A stretch of DNA of 64,000 nucleotides from Clostridia bacterium (lineage in GTDB: Bacteria > Bacillota > Clostridia > Christensenellales > Borkfalkiaceae), in NCBI GenBank assembly GCA_017456665.1, contig JAFTIY010000018.1:8887-72886 (forward strand), read 5' to 3'. Of the stretch, positions 8,531 to 19,290 are shown in pieces. Every line of letters starts with the position of its first letter. The stretch's first letter is position 1. The notes beneath the pieces were generated by a model. That model made no database searches. It had not been told where the DNA came from and was given only the letters and a program-made list of their open reading frames with translations. The position numbers and the translations under genes were made by a program.

Positions 8531-9316
8531 ATGAAAATTATCGTATGTATTAAACAAGTTCCGAACACTACTGAAATAAAAATAGATCCCGTAACTAACA
8601 CTTTAAAGCGTGACGGCGTACCCAGCATTATCAATCCAGATGATAAATCTGCAATAGAGGCCGCTCTTTCGCTTAAAGAAAAATGCGGTGCAACCGTAAC
8701 GGTATTAACAATGGGGCCCATGCAGGCAGAAAAGGCTCTTCGCGAGGCTCTTGCGATGGGAGCAGACGAAGCCTTCTTGCTTACCGACAGGGCTTTTGCT
8801 GGAAGCGACACCTTGGCTACCTCAACCATTATCGCTGCGGCTATTAAAAAATTGGGTGCAGACCTCGTATTTTGCGGCAGACAAGCTATCGACGGCGATA
8901 CCGCGCAGGTTGGCCCGCAAATTGCAGAGCATTTAGATATTCCGCAAATAACCTATGCTGCCGCAATCGATTACGACTGCGAGCGCGACGTATTAAGGGT
9001 TAAACGCCAATTTGAAGACAGATATCAGGTTTTAGAGGTAAAAGGTAAGTGCCTCGTAACTGTTCTTTCTTCTATGACCAAGCCCAGATATATGAACGTT
9101 TGGGATATAGTTGAGCAAGACGAAAAGGAAATTTCGTTTATTACCTTTGCAGATCTTGAGTTAAATCGCGAAGATATAGGTCTTAACGGTTCTCCCACTA
9201 AGGTTAAATCTACTGCAACCAAGCAGTTTGATAAAACTATTGAAACTGTTGAGCTCGATCCCGAAAGCGCGGCTCAAACTATAGTAGACGCATTAAAAGC
9301 GCGTCATCTGATTTAA
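8531..9316 (+). CDS. etfB: electron transfer flavoprotein subunit beta
   Basis: MKIIVCIKQVPNT start typical of EtfB; position between bcd and etfA. Confidence 0.9.
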   Translation: MKIIVCIKQVPNTTEIKIDPVTNTLKRDGVPSIINPDDKSAIEAALSLKEKCGATVTVLTMGPMQAEKALREALAMGADEAFLLTDRAFAGSDTLATSTIIAAAIKKLGADLVFCGRQAIDGDTAQVGPQIAEHLDIPQITYAAAIDYDCERDVLRVKRQFEDRYQVLEVKGKCLVTVLSSMTKPRYMNVWDIVEQDEKEISFITFADLELNREDIGLNGSPTKVKSTATKQFDKTIETVELDPESAAQTIVDALKARHLI

Positions 9317-9328
9317 GGAGGCCTTACT

Positions 9329-10312
9329 ATGAACAATAAAAATATATGGGTATTCTGCGAACAGCGTGACGGCGTTATTCAAGACGTAGCGTTAGAGCTT
9401 TTAGGAGTTGCAAGCGAGCTAGCAAAAACCACTAATGAAAAGGTTTGTGCTTTATTGCTCGGAAGCAAGATTAAAAAGCAGGCTAAGGAGCTTATAGCTT
9501 ACGGGGCCGATCAGGTTTTAGTGGTAGATCATAAAAATCTTGAAACCTTCGTTACAGAGCCTTACGCACAGGCTGTAACACAGCTTGCAAAACAGTACGA
9601 ACCCTCTATAATATTATTTGGGGCAACGAGTATCGGCAGAGATTTAGCTCCAAGACTTTCGGCAAGATTAAAAACAGGCTTAACGGCAGACTGCACCAAG
9701 CTTGAGGCTGATGAAAATGGCAATCTTTTTATGACCCGTCCTGCGTTTGGCGGCAATCTTTTTGCAACGATTATTTGCCCCGATCACCGTCCTCAAATGT
9801 CAACGGTGCGCCCCGGCGTTATGAAGAAAATGGAACGCGACGGTAAGCGCAAGGGAGAGATTATCGAGTGCGAAATAAATTTTGACCAGTCAAAATTTGC
9901 AGTAAGCGTAATTGAAGAGGTTAAGGCGTGTAGTAACGTTGCAAAAATAGAAGATGCTAAAATATTGGTATCTTGCGGTAGGGGAATAAAAGACATAACT
10001 CCCGCGTTTGAGGTAGCAGGCAAGTTAAAGGGTACTGTTTCTGCCTCTCGCGCGCTGGTTGATGCAGGCGTTACAGCGCACGATCGCCAGGTAGGGCAAA
10101 CGGGTAAAACGGTACGCCCCGATGCATATCTTGCATTCGGCATAAGCGGAGCTATTCAGCACCTTGCCGGTATGGAAGAATCTGAATTTATCGTTGCTGT
10201 AAACACCGATAAAAACGCACCTATTTTCAAGATTGCAAATCTCGGAATAGTTTCCGACGCTGCTGCCGTATTAAAGCAGCTTAACAAAATAATCGAAAAC
10301 AAACCATGTTAA
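9329..10312 (+). CDS. etfA: electron transfer flavoprotein subunit alpha
   Basis: C-terminal FAD-binding region SGAIQHLAGM typical of EtfA. Confidence 0.9.
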   Translation: MNNKNIWVFCEQRDGVIQDVALELLGVASELAKTTNEKVCALLLGSKIKKQAKELIAYGADQVLVVDHKNLETFVTEPYAQAVTQLAKQYEPSIILFGATSIGRDLAPRLSARLKTGLTADCTKLEADENGNLFMTRPAFGGNLFATIICPDHRPQMSTVRPGVMKKMERDGKRKGEIIECEINFDQSKFAVSVIEEVKACSNVAKIEDAKILVSCGRGIKDITPAFEVAGKLKGTVSASRALVDAGVTAHDRQVGQTGKTVRPDAYLAFGISGAIQHLAGMEESEFIVAVNTDKNAPIFKIANLGIVSDAAAVLKQLNKIIENKPC

Positions 10313-10373
10313 AACAGACCGCGTAAACGGCTAAGCATATAATATTATATTTTTAAGGAAAAGGAGAAAACTC

Positions 10374-11579
10374 GTGAAAAAGGTATATTTAGTAAGCGCA
10401 AAGCGTAGTGCAATCGGATCTATGCTCGGTACTTTAAAGGATGTAGCTCCCACCTATCTCGGAGCGCAAGTTTTAAAAGCAGCTTTAGAGGATGCAAAGG
10501 TTAAGCCCGAATGGCTTGACGAAGTAGTAGTGGGTAACGTTTTACCTGCAGGCATTAAGCAAGGTCCGGCAAGACAGGTTGCAATCGGAGCAGGCGTTCC
10601 CGTAGAAGTTCCCGCATATTCAATCAATATGGTTTGCGGCAGCGGTATGAAGGCAGTTATGAACGCAGTAATTTCTATTCAGGCAGGCATGAACGATTTA
10701 GTTGCTGCAGGCGGCACGGAGGTTATGAGCGGCGCTCCCTATTTGGTAAGCGGAAAGGTTCGTTCGGGTAATAAAATGGGCGAAATGAAGATGGCTGACC
10801 ATATGCTGTTAGATTCGCTTACCGATGCTTTTAGCAACGTTCATATGGGTATTACCGCAGAAAACGTAGCAGAGCAGTACGGAATTACCCGTCAAGCTCA
10901 AGACGAGTTTGCTATTAAATCTCAACAAAAGGCTATTGCAGCACAAGATGCAGGCAAGTTTAAAGACGAAATAGTTCCTTTAACGGTTAAAATGGGTAAA
11001 AAAGAAGTAGTGTTTGATCAAGACGAATATATCAACCGCACCACTACTTTAGAAAAACTTTCAACCTTAAGAACTGCGTTTAAACCTGACGGAACGGTTA
11101 CTGCAGGTAACGCTTCAGGTATTAACGACGGCGCAAGCTTCGTTATAGTAGCAAGCGAAGAAGCAGTTGCAAAATATAACCTCACTCCCATGGCTGAAAT
11201 CGTTGGAATAGGCCAAGGCGGCGTTGATCCTTCAGTTATGGGGCTTGGTCCTGTTCCCGCAGTAGGCAACGCACTCGAAAACGCAGGTATGAAGCTTGAA
11301 CAGATGGAAGTTTTAGAGCTTAACGAAGCGTTTGCGGCTCAATCTCTCGGCGTTGTTAAGCTATTAAGCGAAAACCACGGCGTATCACAAGAATGGATTA
11401 TGGAAAGATGTAACGTAAACGGCGGCGCTATAGCTCTCGGTCACCCCGTAGGCGCAAGCGGTAACAGAATTATCGTTACGTTAGCACACGAGCTTAAGCA
11501 CAGCGGAAAAACTTACGGCGTAGCATCTCTCTGCATCGGTGGCGGTATGGGAACTGCAGTCGTACTCAAAAACTTATAA
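10374..11579 (+). CDS. thl: acetyl-CoA acetyltransferase (thiolase)
   Basis: GTG start with an AAGGAG RBS. Thiolase motifs: NMVCGSGMKAV (active-site Cys), NVNGGAIALGHP, CIGGGMG. Confidence 0.9.
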   Translation: MKKVYLVSAKRSAIGSMLGTLKDVAPTYLGAQVLKAALEDAKVKPEWLDEVVVGNVLPAGIKQGPARQVAIGAGVPVEVPAYSINMVCGSGMKAVMNAVISIQAGMNDLVAAGGTEVMSGAPYLVSGKVRSGNKMGEMKMADHMLLDSLTDAFSNVHMGITAENVAEQYGITRQAQDEFAIKSQQKAIAAQDAGKFKDEIVPLTVKMGKKEVVFDQDEYINRTTTLEKLSTLRTAFKPDGTVTAGNASGINDGASFVIVASEEAVAKYNLTPMAEIVGIGQGGVDPSVMGLGPVPAVGNALENAGMKLEQMEVLELNEAFAAQSLGVVKLLSENHGVSQEWIMERCNVNGGAIALGHPVGASGNRIIVTLAHELKHSGKTYGVASLCIGGGMGTAVVLKNL

Positions 11580-11619
11580 AAAATAAAAAAAATATATAAA
11601 TTTAAGGAGAAAAAACATT

Positions 11620-12339
11620 ATGAGATTACAAGGAAAAGTAGCAATAGTAACAGGTGGCGCAAAAGGTCTTGGCGGCGAAATGGCTCAAACTTTCTCTAAC
11701 GAAGGTGCAAAGGTTATAGCCGTAGATATGGCTCCCTTAACCTATGAAAACGCAAACGTTGAATACTATCAGTTAAACGTTACCGACGGCGAGGCTTGCA
11801 AGGCTTTATTCGAATACGCTAAAGAAAAATATGGCAGAATCGATATTTTAGTTAACAATGCAGGTATTACCCGTGACGCTATGACCAGAAAGATGACCGA
11901 TGAACAATGGGATCTCGTTATCGATATCAACCTCAAAGGCGTATTTAACCTTACCCGTTTCGTAGGTCCTCATATGGAAGAAATGGGTGGCGGCTCAATC
12001 ATTAACATCGCATCGGTAGTTGGCGAATACGGCAACATCGGTCAAGCAAACTACGCTGCATCTAAAGCGGGCGTTATCGGCCTTAGCAAAACTTGGGCAA
12101 AGGAATTTGCAAGAAAGGGCGTTCCCGTAAGAGTAAACGCAATCGCTCCCGGATATATCATGACCGATATGATGAAAACCGTTCCCGAAGAACTTCTTAA
12201 AAAATTCGCAGGACTTACCATGCTTGGCAGATTAGGTCAACCCGAAGAAATCGCTAAAGCTGCATTATTCTTAGCAAGCGACGATGCTTCTTACGTAACC
12301 GGTCACGTTCTTTCTGTAAACGGCGGTATGAGATTATAA
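11620..12339 (+). CDS. short-chain dehydrogenase/reductase, FabG/PhaB-like 3-oxoacyl (acetoacetyl-CoA) reductase
   Basis: TGGAKGLG, NNAG and YAASKAG motifs. Confidence 0.85.
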   Translation: MRLQGKVAIVTGGAKGLGGEMAQTFSNEGAKVIAVDMAPLTYENANVEYYQLNVTDGEACKALFEYAKEKYGRIDILVNNAGITRDAMTRKMTDEQWDLVIDINLKGVFNLTRFVGPHMEEMGGGSIINIASVVGEYGNIGQANYAASKAGVIGLSKTWAKEFARKGVPVRVNAIAPGYIMTDMMKTVPEELLKKFAGLTMLGRLGQPEEIAKAALFLASDDASYVTGHVLSVNGGMRL

Positions 12340-12364
12340 TAATCGCTTTACGAGGAGAAAAAAT

Positions 12365-13381
12365 ATGGTAAACGTTGGAATAGTTGGGATTGGCACTTAC
12401 CTTCCCGAAAAAATTATGACCGCTAAAGAAATTTCAGATGCTACTAACGGCGTTTGGAGTGAAGATGCGGTAAGAGCAAAACTTGGTATTAACCAAAAAT
12501 ATATTCCTTCTGAAAACGCTTGCGACGGCACTCAAGAAATGGGTGCTTTAGCAGCTCTTAAATGCCTCGAAAATACCGGTGTTGATCCTCTCGAAATCGA
12601 TGCTATTATTTGTATTACCGAGGAATGGAAGGAATATCCGTTAACCACCTCTGCTTGCTACGTTCAAGATAGAATTGGGGCTAAAAACGCTTGGGGTATC
12701 GACGTTCAAAACAGATGCTGCACATGCGTTTCAGCTATGAAAATGGCAAAAGATATGCTTATTGCCGATGAAGAAATGAACACCGTTTTAATTTGTGGCG
12801 GTTACCGTAACTGCGATATGATAGATTATACCGATAGCGGCGTATCGTTTATGTTTAACCTCGGTGCAGGTGGCGGTGCAATTCTTCTTAAAAAGAATTA
12901 CGGCAAAAACCTCCTTTTAGGCACTCACCTTATGAGCGACGGTTCTGTAGTTCATACCTGCGGTGTAAAGGTAGGCGGTATTAACGAACCCTTAACCTGT
13001 GAAAATATTGGCGAAATGAACAAGCTTCGCCTTATGGATTCACCCAAAATGAAGGGCCTTTTAAACACCGTTTCTATGCCTAACTGGTATCACTGTATCG
13101 ACGAAGCTCTTCGCAAGTCAGGCAAAACCCGCGCTGATATCGATTATTTAGATATTTTACACATTAAGCGTTCAGGGCACAAGGCTATGCTTGCAGACCT
13201 CGGCCTTACCGAAGAACAGTCTATTTATCTCGAAAACTACGGCCATATCGGTCAGATAGACCAAATTCTTTCACTCGAGCTCGCTCTTAAAGAGGGCAAG
13301 GTTAAAGATGGAAGCGTTGTTTGTATGATAGCTGCGGGCATCGGTTACACTTGGGCTGCTAATATCATTCAGTGGGGATAA
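12365..13381 (+). CDS. 3-oxoacyl-ACP synthase III (FabH)-like family protein
   Basis: 338 aa with thiolase-fold KAS-III-like N- and C-terminal regions. Substrate unknown. Confidence 0.65.
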   Translation: MVNVGIVGIGTYLPEKIMTAKEISDATNGVWSEDAVRAKLGINQKYIPSENACDGTQEMGALAALKCLENTGVDPLEIDAIICITEEWKEYPLTTSACYVQDRIGAKNAWGIDVQNRCCTCVSAMKMAKDMLIADEEMNTVLICGGYRNCDMIDYTDSGVSFMFNLGAGGGAILLKKNYGKNLLLGTHLMSDGSVVHTCGVKVGGINEPLTCENIGEMNKLRLMDSPKMKGLLNTVSMPNWYHCIDEALRKSGKTRADIDYLDILHIKRSGHKAMLADLGLTEEQSIYLENYGHIGQIDQILSLELALKEGKVKDGSVVCMIAAGIGYTWAANIIQWG

Positions 13382-13384
13382 TAT

Positions 13385-14317
13385 ATGGGGTATTTCCTTG
13401 ATACGGTGTTAGATTCTACCACCGCGATGTGTGTTACTGCATTGGTAACAATGGCTATAACACTGATATTTAAAACGTCGTTTACAACCAACTTCGCACA
13501 AGGTGTAATTTCTGCATTCGGTGCGTTTGTTGCTTCAACGTTTTTTAATAAAATGGGTTGGCCGATTTGGTGTGCAGTACCGATTAGTATAATAGTATCT
13601 GCAGCGATAGCAGTTCTTGTTGACGTAGGAATTTTCCGAAGGGGAAGATACGTTAATGCTGTAGGCAAACAAATAATAACGATGGGTTTAATTTCGGTAA
13701 TAGTAAGTATAACCCCACTTATTTTTCCCGACCTTAAATACTTTGCAACTAATTTTCTTTCAGGTAATATTTCCTTCGTAATAGATGGATACAACGTAAC
13801 TTTAGCAAAAAACGCACTCGTTAGCGTTATTATTACAACAATTGTCCTTGCCACTATATTTATAACTCTTCGATATAGTAAATGGGGGCTTTCTGTTCGC
13901 GCTACTGCATCAAACGAATACGTAGCGGGTATGATGGGTATTAATACACACATCGTAACGGCTATTTCTTGGGGTATTGCGGGCGGACTTGGAGCATTAG
14001 CTGCATCAATAAACGCTACAAGTGCTGAAATCGGGGTATATTTTATGACCGAATATCAGGTAACGGCTTTCCTTGCCGGTATCGTTGGCGGTTTTGCAAC
14101 CTTCCACGGGCCGGTTATAGTTGCTATGTTGATACCGTTTTGTACGAACATGATAATTTGGTTTGGAAACGGTGTAATTTCGAAGCTCACTGGAGATGCA
14201 ACGCTCGGCGCGTCAATAGGTAACTGGGCAACGACCATAATTTATATCATAGCACTTATTATTATTTTCTTCAAGCCCAACGGAATATTTGGTAAGAAGA
14301 TAGAAAAGAAGGTGTAG
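13385..14317 (+). CDS. branched-chain-type ABC transporter permease (LivH-like)
   Basis: 310-aa polytopic membrane protein, first of a LivHMGF-order set. Confidence 0.8.
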   Translation: MGYFLDTVLDSTTAMCVTALVTMAITLIFKTSFTTNFAQGVISAFGAFVASTFFNKMGWPIWCAVPISIIVSAAIAVLVDVGIFRRGRYVNAVGKQIITMGLISVIVSITPLIFPDLKYFATNFLSGNISFVIDGYNVTLAKNALVSVIITTIVLATIFITLRYSKWGLSVRATASNEYVAGMMGINTHIVTAISWGIAGGLGALAASINATSAEIGVYFMTEYQVTAFLAGIVGGFATFHGPVIVAMLIPFCTNMIIWFGNGVISKLTGDATLGASIGNWATTIIYIIALIIIFFKPNGIFGKKIEKKV

Positions 14318-14320
14318 AGT

Positions 14321-15418
14321 ATGGACAAAAGGTTAAAACAACAATATTCTTTTGATAGTTTAAACGTTCAGTCAAAAACCTCTAAACCTATTGCTAAAAA
14401 CGTAAGAGGGATTTTTAAGAATTCCACTTTTCAATATTTGCTTTTTGGCGCAATATTAATCGTGTTACTTCTAGTAAGTGTAAAAACTCCTTATCTTCCT
14501 TATAGCTGGTATGGTGGCTTGATTTCTACAGCTTGTTTCAGTATTGCATCAATCGGTTTTTGTTTGCTGATGGGCTATTCGGGAATGGCTTCGCTCGGTA
14601 CAGGTGGGTTTATCGGTATAGGATGTTATTCCGTTTATTACGTTATGACGCTTTCGGGCTTATCCTTTTTCCTAGCTATTTTAGTAGCAATACTTATAGC
14701 CATAATTATAGGCGTAATAGTTGGATTTATTTCATTAAGGATAGAAAGCATTTATCTTGTAATTTTAACGTTAGGTTTATCTGAAATTTTACGTAACGTT
14801 TATCGCGTTTTAAGCGATAGCATCAATATTGGCAGGGTTGAAATTTTCGGAATGAAAATACTTACTGCCGATACGATGTATATTATAGTTCCTATTTTGG
14901 TAATTATAATGATCGTAACAAAAAATCTTATTTCCAGCCCAACGGGTAGGGCAATGCTCGCGATGAAAAATTCTACAGCGGCAGCTCAAGCAATGGGTAT
15001 AAGCGTATTAAAATATAGATTAATGGCTTTTATCATTTGTACTGTTTACGCTTCAATTAGCGGAACTATGTTAATCTTAAGAAACGGTTCTGCAACAGCT
15101 TCATCTGGAACGAGCTTTTATGCGTTAATAACCTCACTTAATATTCTTGCCGCTGTAATTATAGGCGGATACAAGTCTATTTGGGGTGCAATATTCGGTA
15201 CTTTCGTTATGTACGGTATGAATACTACTATATTGCAAAATATATCCTTTTTATCCGAACACCCCGAACTTGTTACCATAATTAGCGGTGTATTGGTTAT
15301 CGTGGTTGTTATGTTCTATCCCGGTGGTCTTGCACAACTATTGCAAGGATTTAAGGGTAAAATAAGCAAGCTTTTATTAAAGATAAGGGAGGCGAAATAT
15401 GGCAAAGACCTCGGTTAA
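14321..15418 (+). CDS. branched-chain-type ABC transporter permease (LivM-like)
   Basis: 365-aa polytopic membrane protein; AAGGTG RBS. Confidence 0.8.
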   Translation: MDKRLKQQYSFDSLNVQSKTSKPIAKNVRGIFKNSTFQYLLFGAILIVLLLVSVKTPYLPYSWYGGLISTACFSIASIGFCLLMGYSGMASLGTGGFIGIGCYSVYYVMTLSGLSFFLAILVAILIAIIIGVIVGFISLRIESIYLVILTLGLSEILRNVYRVLSDSINIGRVEIFGMKILTADTMYIIVPILVIIMIVTKNLISSPTGRAMLAMKNSTAAAQAMGISVLKYRLMAFIICTVYASISGTMLILRNGSATASSGTSFYALITSLNILAAVIIGGYKSIWGAIFGTFVMYGMNTTILQNISFLSEHPELVTIISGVLVIVVVMFYPGGLAQLLQGFKGKISKLLLKIREAKYGKDLG

Positions 15419-16835
15419 TAGTAAAATTGGAGAGTTCTTTTATTCACCAGCCTCTCACCTTATAAAGCTTCGTAAAGAACTGCAATGGGCGATAGCTGAA
15501 AAGCAAACGCTTAAAGACGTATATGAAGAAGAAAAATACAAAAAATTAACTGCGATTAAATCAAAGTATGATAACTTGCTTGCAAAGCCTGCGTTTAAGG
15601 CGTGCGACAAAGTAGAGTATGCCGACAAAGTTATGGCAGATAAGCTTCAGGCGTTTGATTTAAAGCAATATATGCAGCACCGTGCCGTAAACCACGCTTT
15701 AACGAAAGCAATATTTAAAGCAATTAAAAAAGGCGAAAGCTATCAATCGGCTATTGAAAAACATCAGTTGCAATTTAAAAAGGTTGTTGCACAAAGAGAA
15801 GAATTTGTAAAAAAATTACAAAAAGAAAAACAAGACTTTCTTTTAAAGTATAATACAAAGGATTGCACCGAATACGATCAATTACTTGCAAAGCTGAAAG
15901 ACGATTATCAGCAAAAGGAAAAAGAGATCAACTTAAAAATAAATGAAAAGATAAGTGCAAGATCTAAAAAGCTTGATGATAAGATTGCTTGTTTAGAACA
16001 AAAAATTGCAAACGTTAAAACTAAAATTAAGCATACTGTAACTTTAGAAAAAGACGTTTTGCTTTCAGTTAAAGGGCTGAAACAGTATTTCGGCGGCCTT
16101 AAGGCTGTTGACGATTTAACCTTTAACGTTAAAAAGGGCGAAATATTTGGCCTTATCGGACCTAACGGTGCAGGTAAAACCACGGTATTTAACTGTATTA
16201 CCCGCTTTTACGATGCAACGGGTGGCGATATGTACTTCGAAAATAAGTATGGCGAAGTGGTTAATATGCGCGATTTTAAGGTGCACGACGTAATACTTCA
16301 AGGCATTTCGCGTACCTTCCAAAACGTAGAGCTTGTAAAAGAAGTTTCCGTTTTAGAAAACCTGCTCGTAGCTTGCACGCGCGAATATCAATCTAATTTT
16401 TGGATTCACGCACTCGGCCTTCCTATAGTTCAAAAGGAAGATAAAATTCTCAAAGCAAAAGCTATGAATATTCTCAAATTTATGGGGATTGAAAATTATG
16501 CGGGTTGGTATGCAATGGGATTGCCTTACGGTATTTTGAAAAAGGTAGAAATTGCCCGTGCATTAATGTCTGACGCAAAACTTATTATTATGGATGAACC
16601 TGCTGCAGGTCTTAACGATTCTGAAACGGCAGAGCTTACAGAAATAATAAAGAAGATAAGAGATCAGTTTAACGTTACTATATTACTTGTAGAGCACGAC
16701 ATGGGCTTAGTTATGAACGTTTGCGATACGGTATGTGCAATATCCTTTGGTCAATTGTTGGCTATTGGAACGCCTGAAGAAGTTCAAAAGAACAAGGCCG
16801 TACAAGAAGCGTACCTTGGTGTAGAGGAGGAATAA
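15399..16835 (+). CDS. LivG-like ABC ATPase with a ~218-aa N-terminal Lys/Glu-rich coiled-coil extension
   Basis: Strong GGGAGG RBS before ATG 15399. The ABC domain begins near residue 219 (Walker [10 protein letters not shown] at 254-262, Walker [12 protein letters not shown]). No stop codon separates the extension from the ATPase. Confidence 0.8.
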   Translation: MAKTSVNSKIGEFFYSPASHLIKLRKELQWAIAEKQTLKDVYEEEKYKKLTAIKSKYDNLLAKPAFKACDKVEYADKVMADKLQAFDLKQYMQHRAVNHALTKAIFKAIKKGESYQSAIEKHQLQFKKVVAQREEFVKKLQKEKQDFLLKYNTKDCTEYDQLLAKLKDDYQQKEKEINLKINEKISARSKKLDDKIACLEQKIANVKTKIKHTVTLEKDVLLSVKGLKQYFGGLKAVDDLTFNVKKGEIFGLIGPNGAGKTTVFNCITRFYDATGGDMYFENKYGEVVNMRDFKVHDVILQGISRTFQNVELVKEVSVLENLLVACTREYQSNFWIHALGLPIVQKEDKILKAKAMNILKFMGIENYAGWYAMGLPYGILKKVEIARALMSDAKLIIMDEPAAGLNDSETAELTEIIKKIRDQFNVTILLVEHDMGLVMNVCDTVCAISFGQLLAIGTPEEVQKNKAVQEAYLGVEEE

Positions 16836-16837
16836 AA

Positions 16838-17551
16838 ATGAGCGAGATTTTAAAAATCGAAGGTCTTAAACTCAATTATGGCCCAATCGCTGCACTAAAA
16901 GGGGTTGATCTCACGGTAGAAAAGGGAAATATAGTCGCAATACTAGGCTCAAACGGTGCAGGAAAAACGTCTACGTTAAAGGTTATTTCAGGATTACTTA
17001 AACCTAGTGGCGGAAAGATTTTATTCGAAGGCAATTCTATCGGCGGCAAAACCGCTCATAAAATAGCAAAATCCGGAATTATGCAATCTCCAGAAGGTAG
17101 GCACGTATTAGTAGGTCTTACCGTTGAAGAAAATCTTAGAGTTGGCGGTTATAATATTAAGAATAAGCAAGAGTTGGAAAGTAATTTTGAAAGGGTGTAT
17201 ACGTTGTTTCCGCGTCTTAAAGAGAGGGCAAAGCAACAGGCTTCAACTCTTTCGGGCGGGGAACAGCAAATGCTAGCAATAGGAAGAGCGTTAATGGGTA
17301 GCCCCAAACTTTTAATACTCGACGAGCCTTCGCTTGGGCTTGCACCTCTTTTAATTAAAGATATTTTTGATACTTTAAAAAAGATTAAGCAAGAAGGCAC
17401 TACTATTCTTATCGTAGAACAAAATGCGTTACAAACTTTAAAAATAGCAGATTATGCTTACGTTTTAGAGCTTGGAAAAATCAGTATGCACGGAAAAGCA
17501 GAAGATCTTATTAAAGATCAAAGGCTTATTTCGGCATATCTTGGTGGATAA
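16838..17551 (+). CDS. LivF-like ABC ATPase
   Basis: GSNGAGKTS, LSGGEQQMLAIGRAL, LLILDEPSLGL. Confidence 0.9.
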   Translation: MSEILKIEGLKLNYGPIAALKGVDLTVEKGNIVAILGSNGAGKTSTLKVISGLLKPSGGKILFEGNSIGGKTAHKIAKSGIMQSPEGRHVLVGLTVEENLRVGGYNIKNKQELESNFERVYTLFPRLKERAKQQASTLSGGEQQMLAIGRALMGSPKLLILDEPSLGLAPLLIKDIFDTLKKIKQEGTTILIVEQNALQTLKIADYAYVLELGKISMHGKAEDLIKDQRLISAYLGG

Positions 17552-17672
17552 AAAGCTGGCAAACAAGAAGTTTGCCGCCAGGCGTTTAAAAACGCCGTAC
17601 TAAACTGAAACATTTGCATCATTTTGTGAGAATGGCAAAAGTTAATTTATATTATTTTAAAGGAGAAAATTA

Positions 17673-19145
17673 ATGAGAAAAATTCTTTTTAAACTTTTAG
17701 CGATGCTAATCGTTGCAACACTTACTGTTAGTGCAGTAGGCTGTATCGGAACTCCACCCGATAATACTATTTACGTTGGTAACACTGCCGGCACCACTGG
17801 TGCTCTTACTACTATCGGTGCACCGTTTAACTTTGGTATTGAAGCTGCTTTTGCTGCTTATAACAAAGCAGGCGGTTATACCGGTTTAAATGCTGAAGGT
17901 AAACCTTTTGGAGCTGCTCAAAACGTTAAATTAAAACACTACGATGATGGCGGTATTCCTGATCAATCTAAAACTTTAACCGAAAAACTCATTCACGACG
18001 ATCAAGTATTTGCAATCGTTGGTAACTTCGCTGCAATTTGCGTAGAAGCAAACCTCGACGTTATTAAAGAAGCAAATGTTCCCATGATTTACGCAGCTGC
18101 AGGTAACGATATCCTTCACAACGATAACGCTATTACTCTTGCAGATAGAGGTATTTTCCCCGTTCAACCTTTAAATAAAACCGAAGGTAGAATGCTCGTT
18201 CTTCGTGCTTTTGCTCCCGTTGAAGCTGGTGGCCTTGCTGCAACTAAAGTTGGCGTTCTTTCTGACGCTGCAAACGAAGCATCAATCACTATGTTAAGAG
18301 GTATTAATGCTGAATTAGAAACTATGCCCGAAGCTCAAAAGACCAACGTTATCGTTCAAGAAGTTTCAGGCACAAACTATTCTGGCGCTGTTAACGCATT
18401 AAAGAACGCTAAATGTGACGTAATTGTTATAACCTCAACCGGCGAAAACTATTTAGTTGCTCTTAAAGAACTTGCTAAAGCAGAATACGCTTGTAAAGTT
18501 TTAACTACTTACAACAACGCTTCTACTGCTGCTTTCAACCAAGGTACTGCTCTTGCTGAAGAATATGCTAACGTATTTAAATACGTAAATTTATATTCAC
18601 AAGCTTGGTTAGATCTCACTTCTACTACCGAATTCTATAAAAATACTGAACACGCACTTTACAATATTTATTACAATACCTATCTTGCTTTATATCAAAC
18701 TTCTTTTGGTATGACGGAAGAAGTTGCTAAAGCAACTTTAGATACTTTAGGTATCCCCGGCTTTAAAAATGAATATTGGACTGTTGCAGAAAATCTTTAT
18801 GATTATGCGCTTGAAAGTGGAAAAGATGCAGCTGCTGCATACACTATGAGCTACGATGCTTACGCTCTCGCTGGCTACATTGCAGGTGATTTATTCTGTC
18901 AAGGTCTTGAAGCTTTAGAAGAAAGTGAATTAGCATTAACCAGAGAAAATTACGTAGACATTATGGAAAGCAAGGAATACAAGATTGTAACCGCTAACAA
19001 TATTTCATTTGCAAACGGATTACGTCAAGGCGTAGACTCTTTTGCTTTAACTCAAATCACTTCTCTTAACGGTGGTGCTGCAACTGCTGCTACCGTTCAT
19101 ACCTTAACCACTCTTGACGCATATAGAGCTCTTATTGCTGGCTAA
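17673..19145 (+). CDS. ABC transporter substrate-binding lipoprotein (type-I periplasmic-binding fold, LivK-like, unusually long)
   Basis: Signal peptide with lipobox LTVSAVGC; 490 aa. Confidence 0.7.
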   Translation: MRKILFKLLAMLIVATLTVSAVGCIGTPPDNTIYVGNTAGTTGALTTIGAPFNFGIEAAFAAYNKAGGYTGLNAEGKPFGAAQNVKLKHYDDGGIPDQSKTLTEKLIHDDQVFAIVGNFAAICVEANLDVIKEANVPMIYAAAGNDILHNDNAITLADRGIFPVQPLNKTEGRMLVLRAFAPVEAGGLAATKVGVLSDAANEASITMLRGINAELETMPEAQKTNVIVQEVSGTNYSGAVNALKNAKCDVIVITSTGENYLVALKELAKAEYACKVLTTYNNASTAAFNQGTALAEEYANVFKYVNLYSQAWLDLTSTTEFYKNTEHALYNIYYNTYLALYQTSFGMTEEVAKATLDTLGIPGFKNEYWTVAENLYDYALESGKDAAAAYTMSYDAYALAGYIAGDLFCQGLEALEESELALTRENYVDIMESKEYKIVTANNISFANGLRQGVDSFALTQITSLNGGAATAATVHTLTTLDAYRALIAG

Positions 19146-19262
19146 TTTTTAACTAGCAATATTTGGAATTTAGGTAAAACAATTAAATGCGCGCCGTAAT
19201 TTTAATTACGGCGCAAAATTCTCACATTAAATGTATGCTTTGTTTAAGCGCTTAAACAAGGG

Positions 19263-19290
19263 CCGCCCCTTTTTAAGGGGCGGTGCAAGT
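19263..19290 (+). terminator. GC-rich hairpin, probable terminator of the transporter operon
   Basis: CCGCCCCT-tttta-AGGGGCGG. The downstream T-tract is weak. Confidence 0.5.

Noticed and set aside
13369-13953. 194-aa minus-strand ORF and many similar antisense ORFs (for example 8144..8557, 8479..8829, 9793..10143, 27162..27569, 40037..40438, 40401..40763, 45713..46027)
   Set aside because: They lie entirely inside well-supported genes on the opposite strand. They lack an RBS and have shadow-frame composition.
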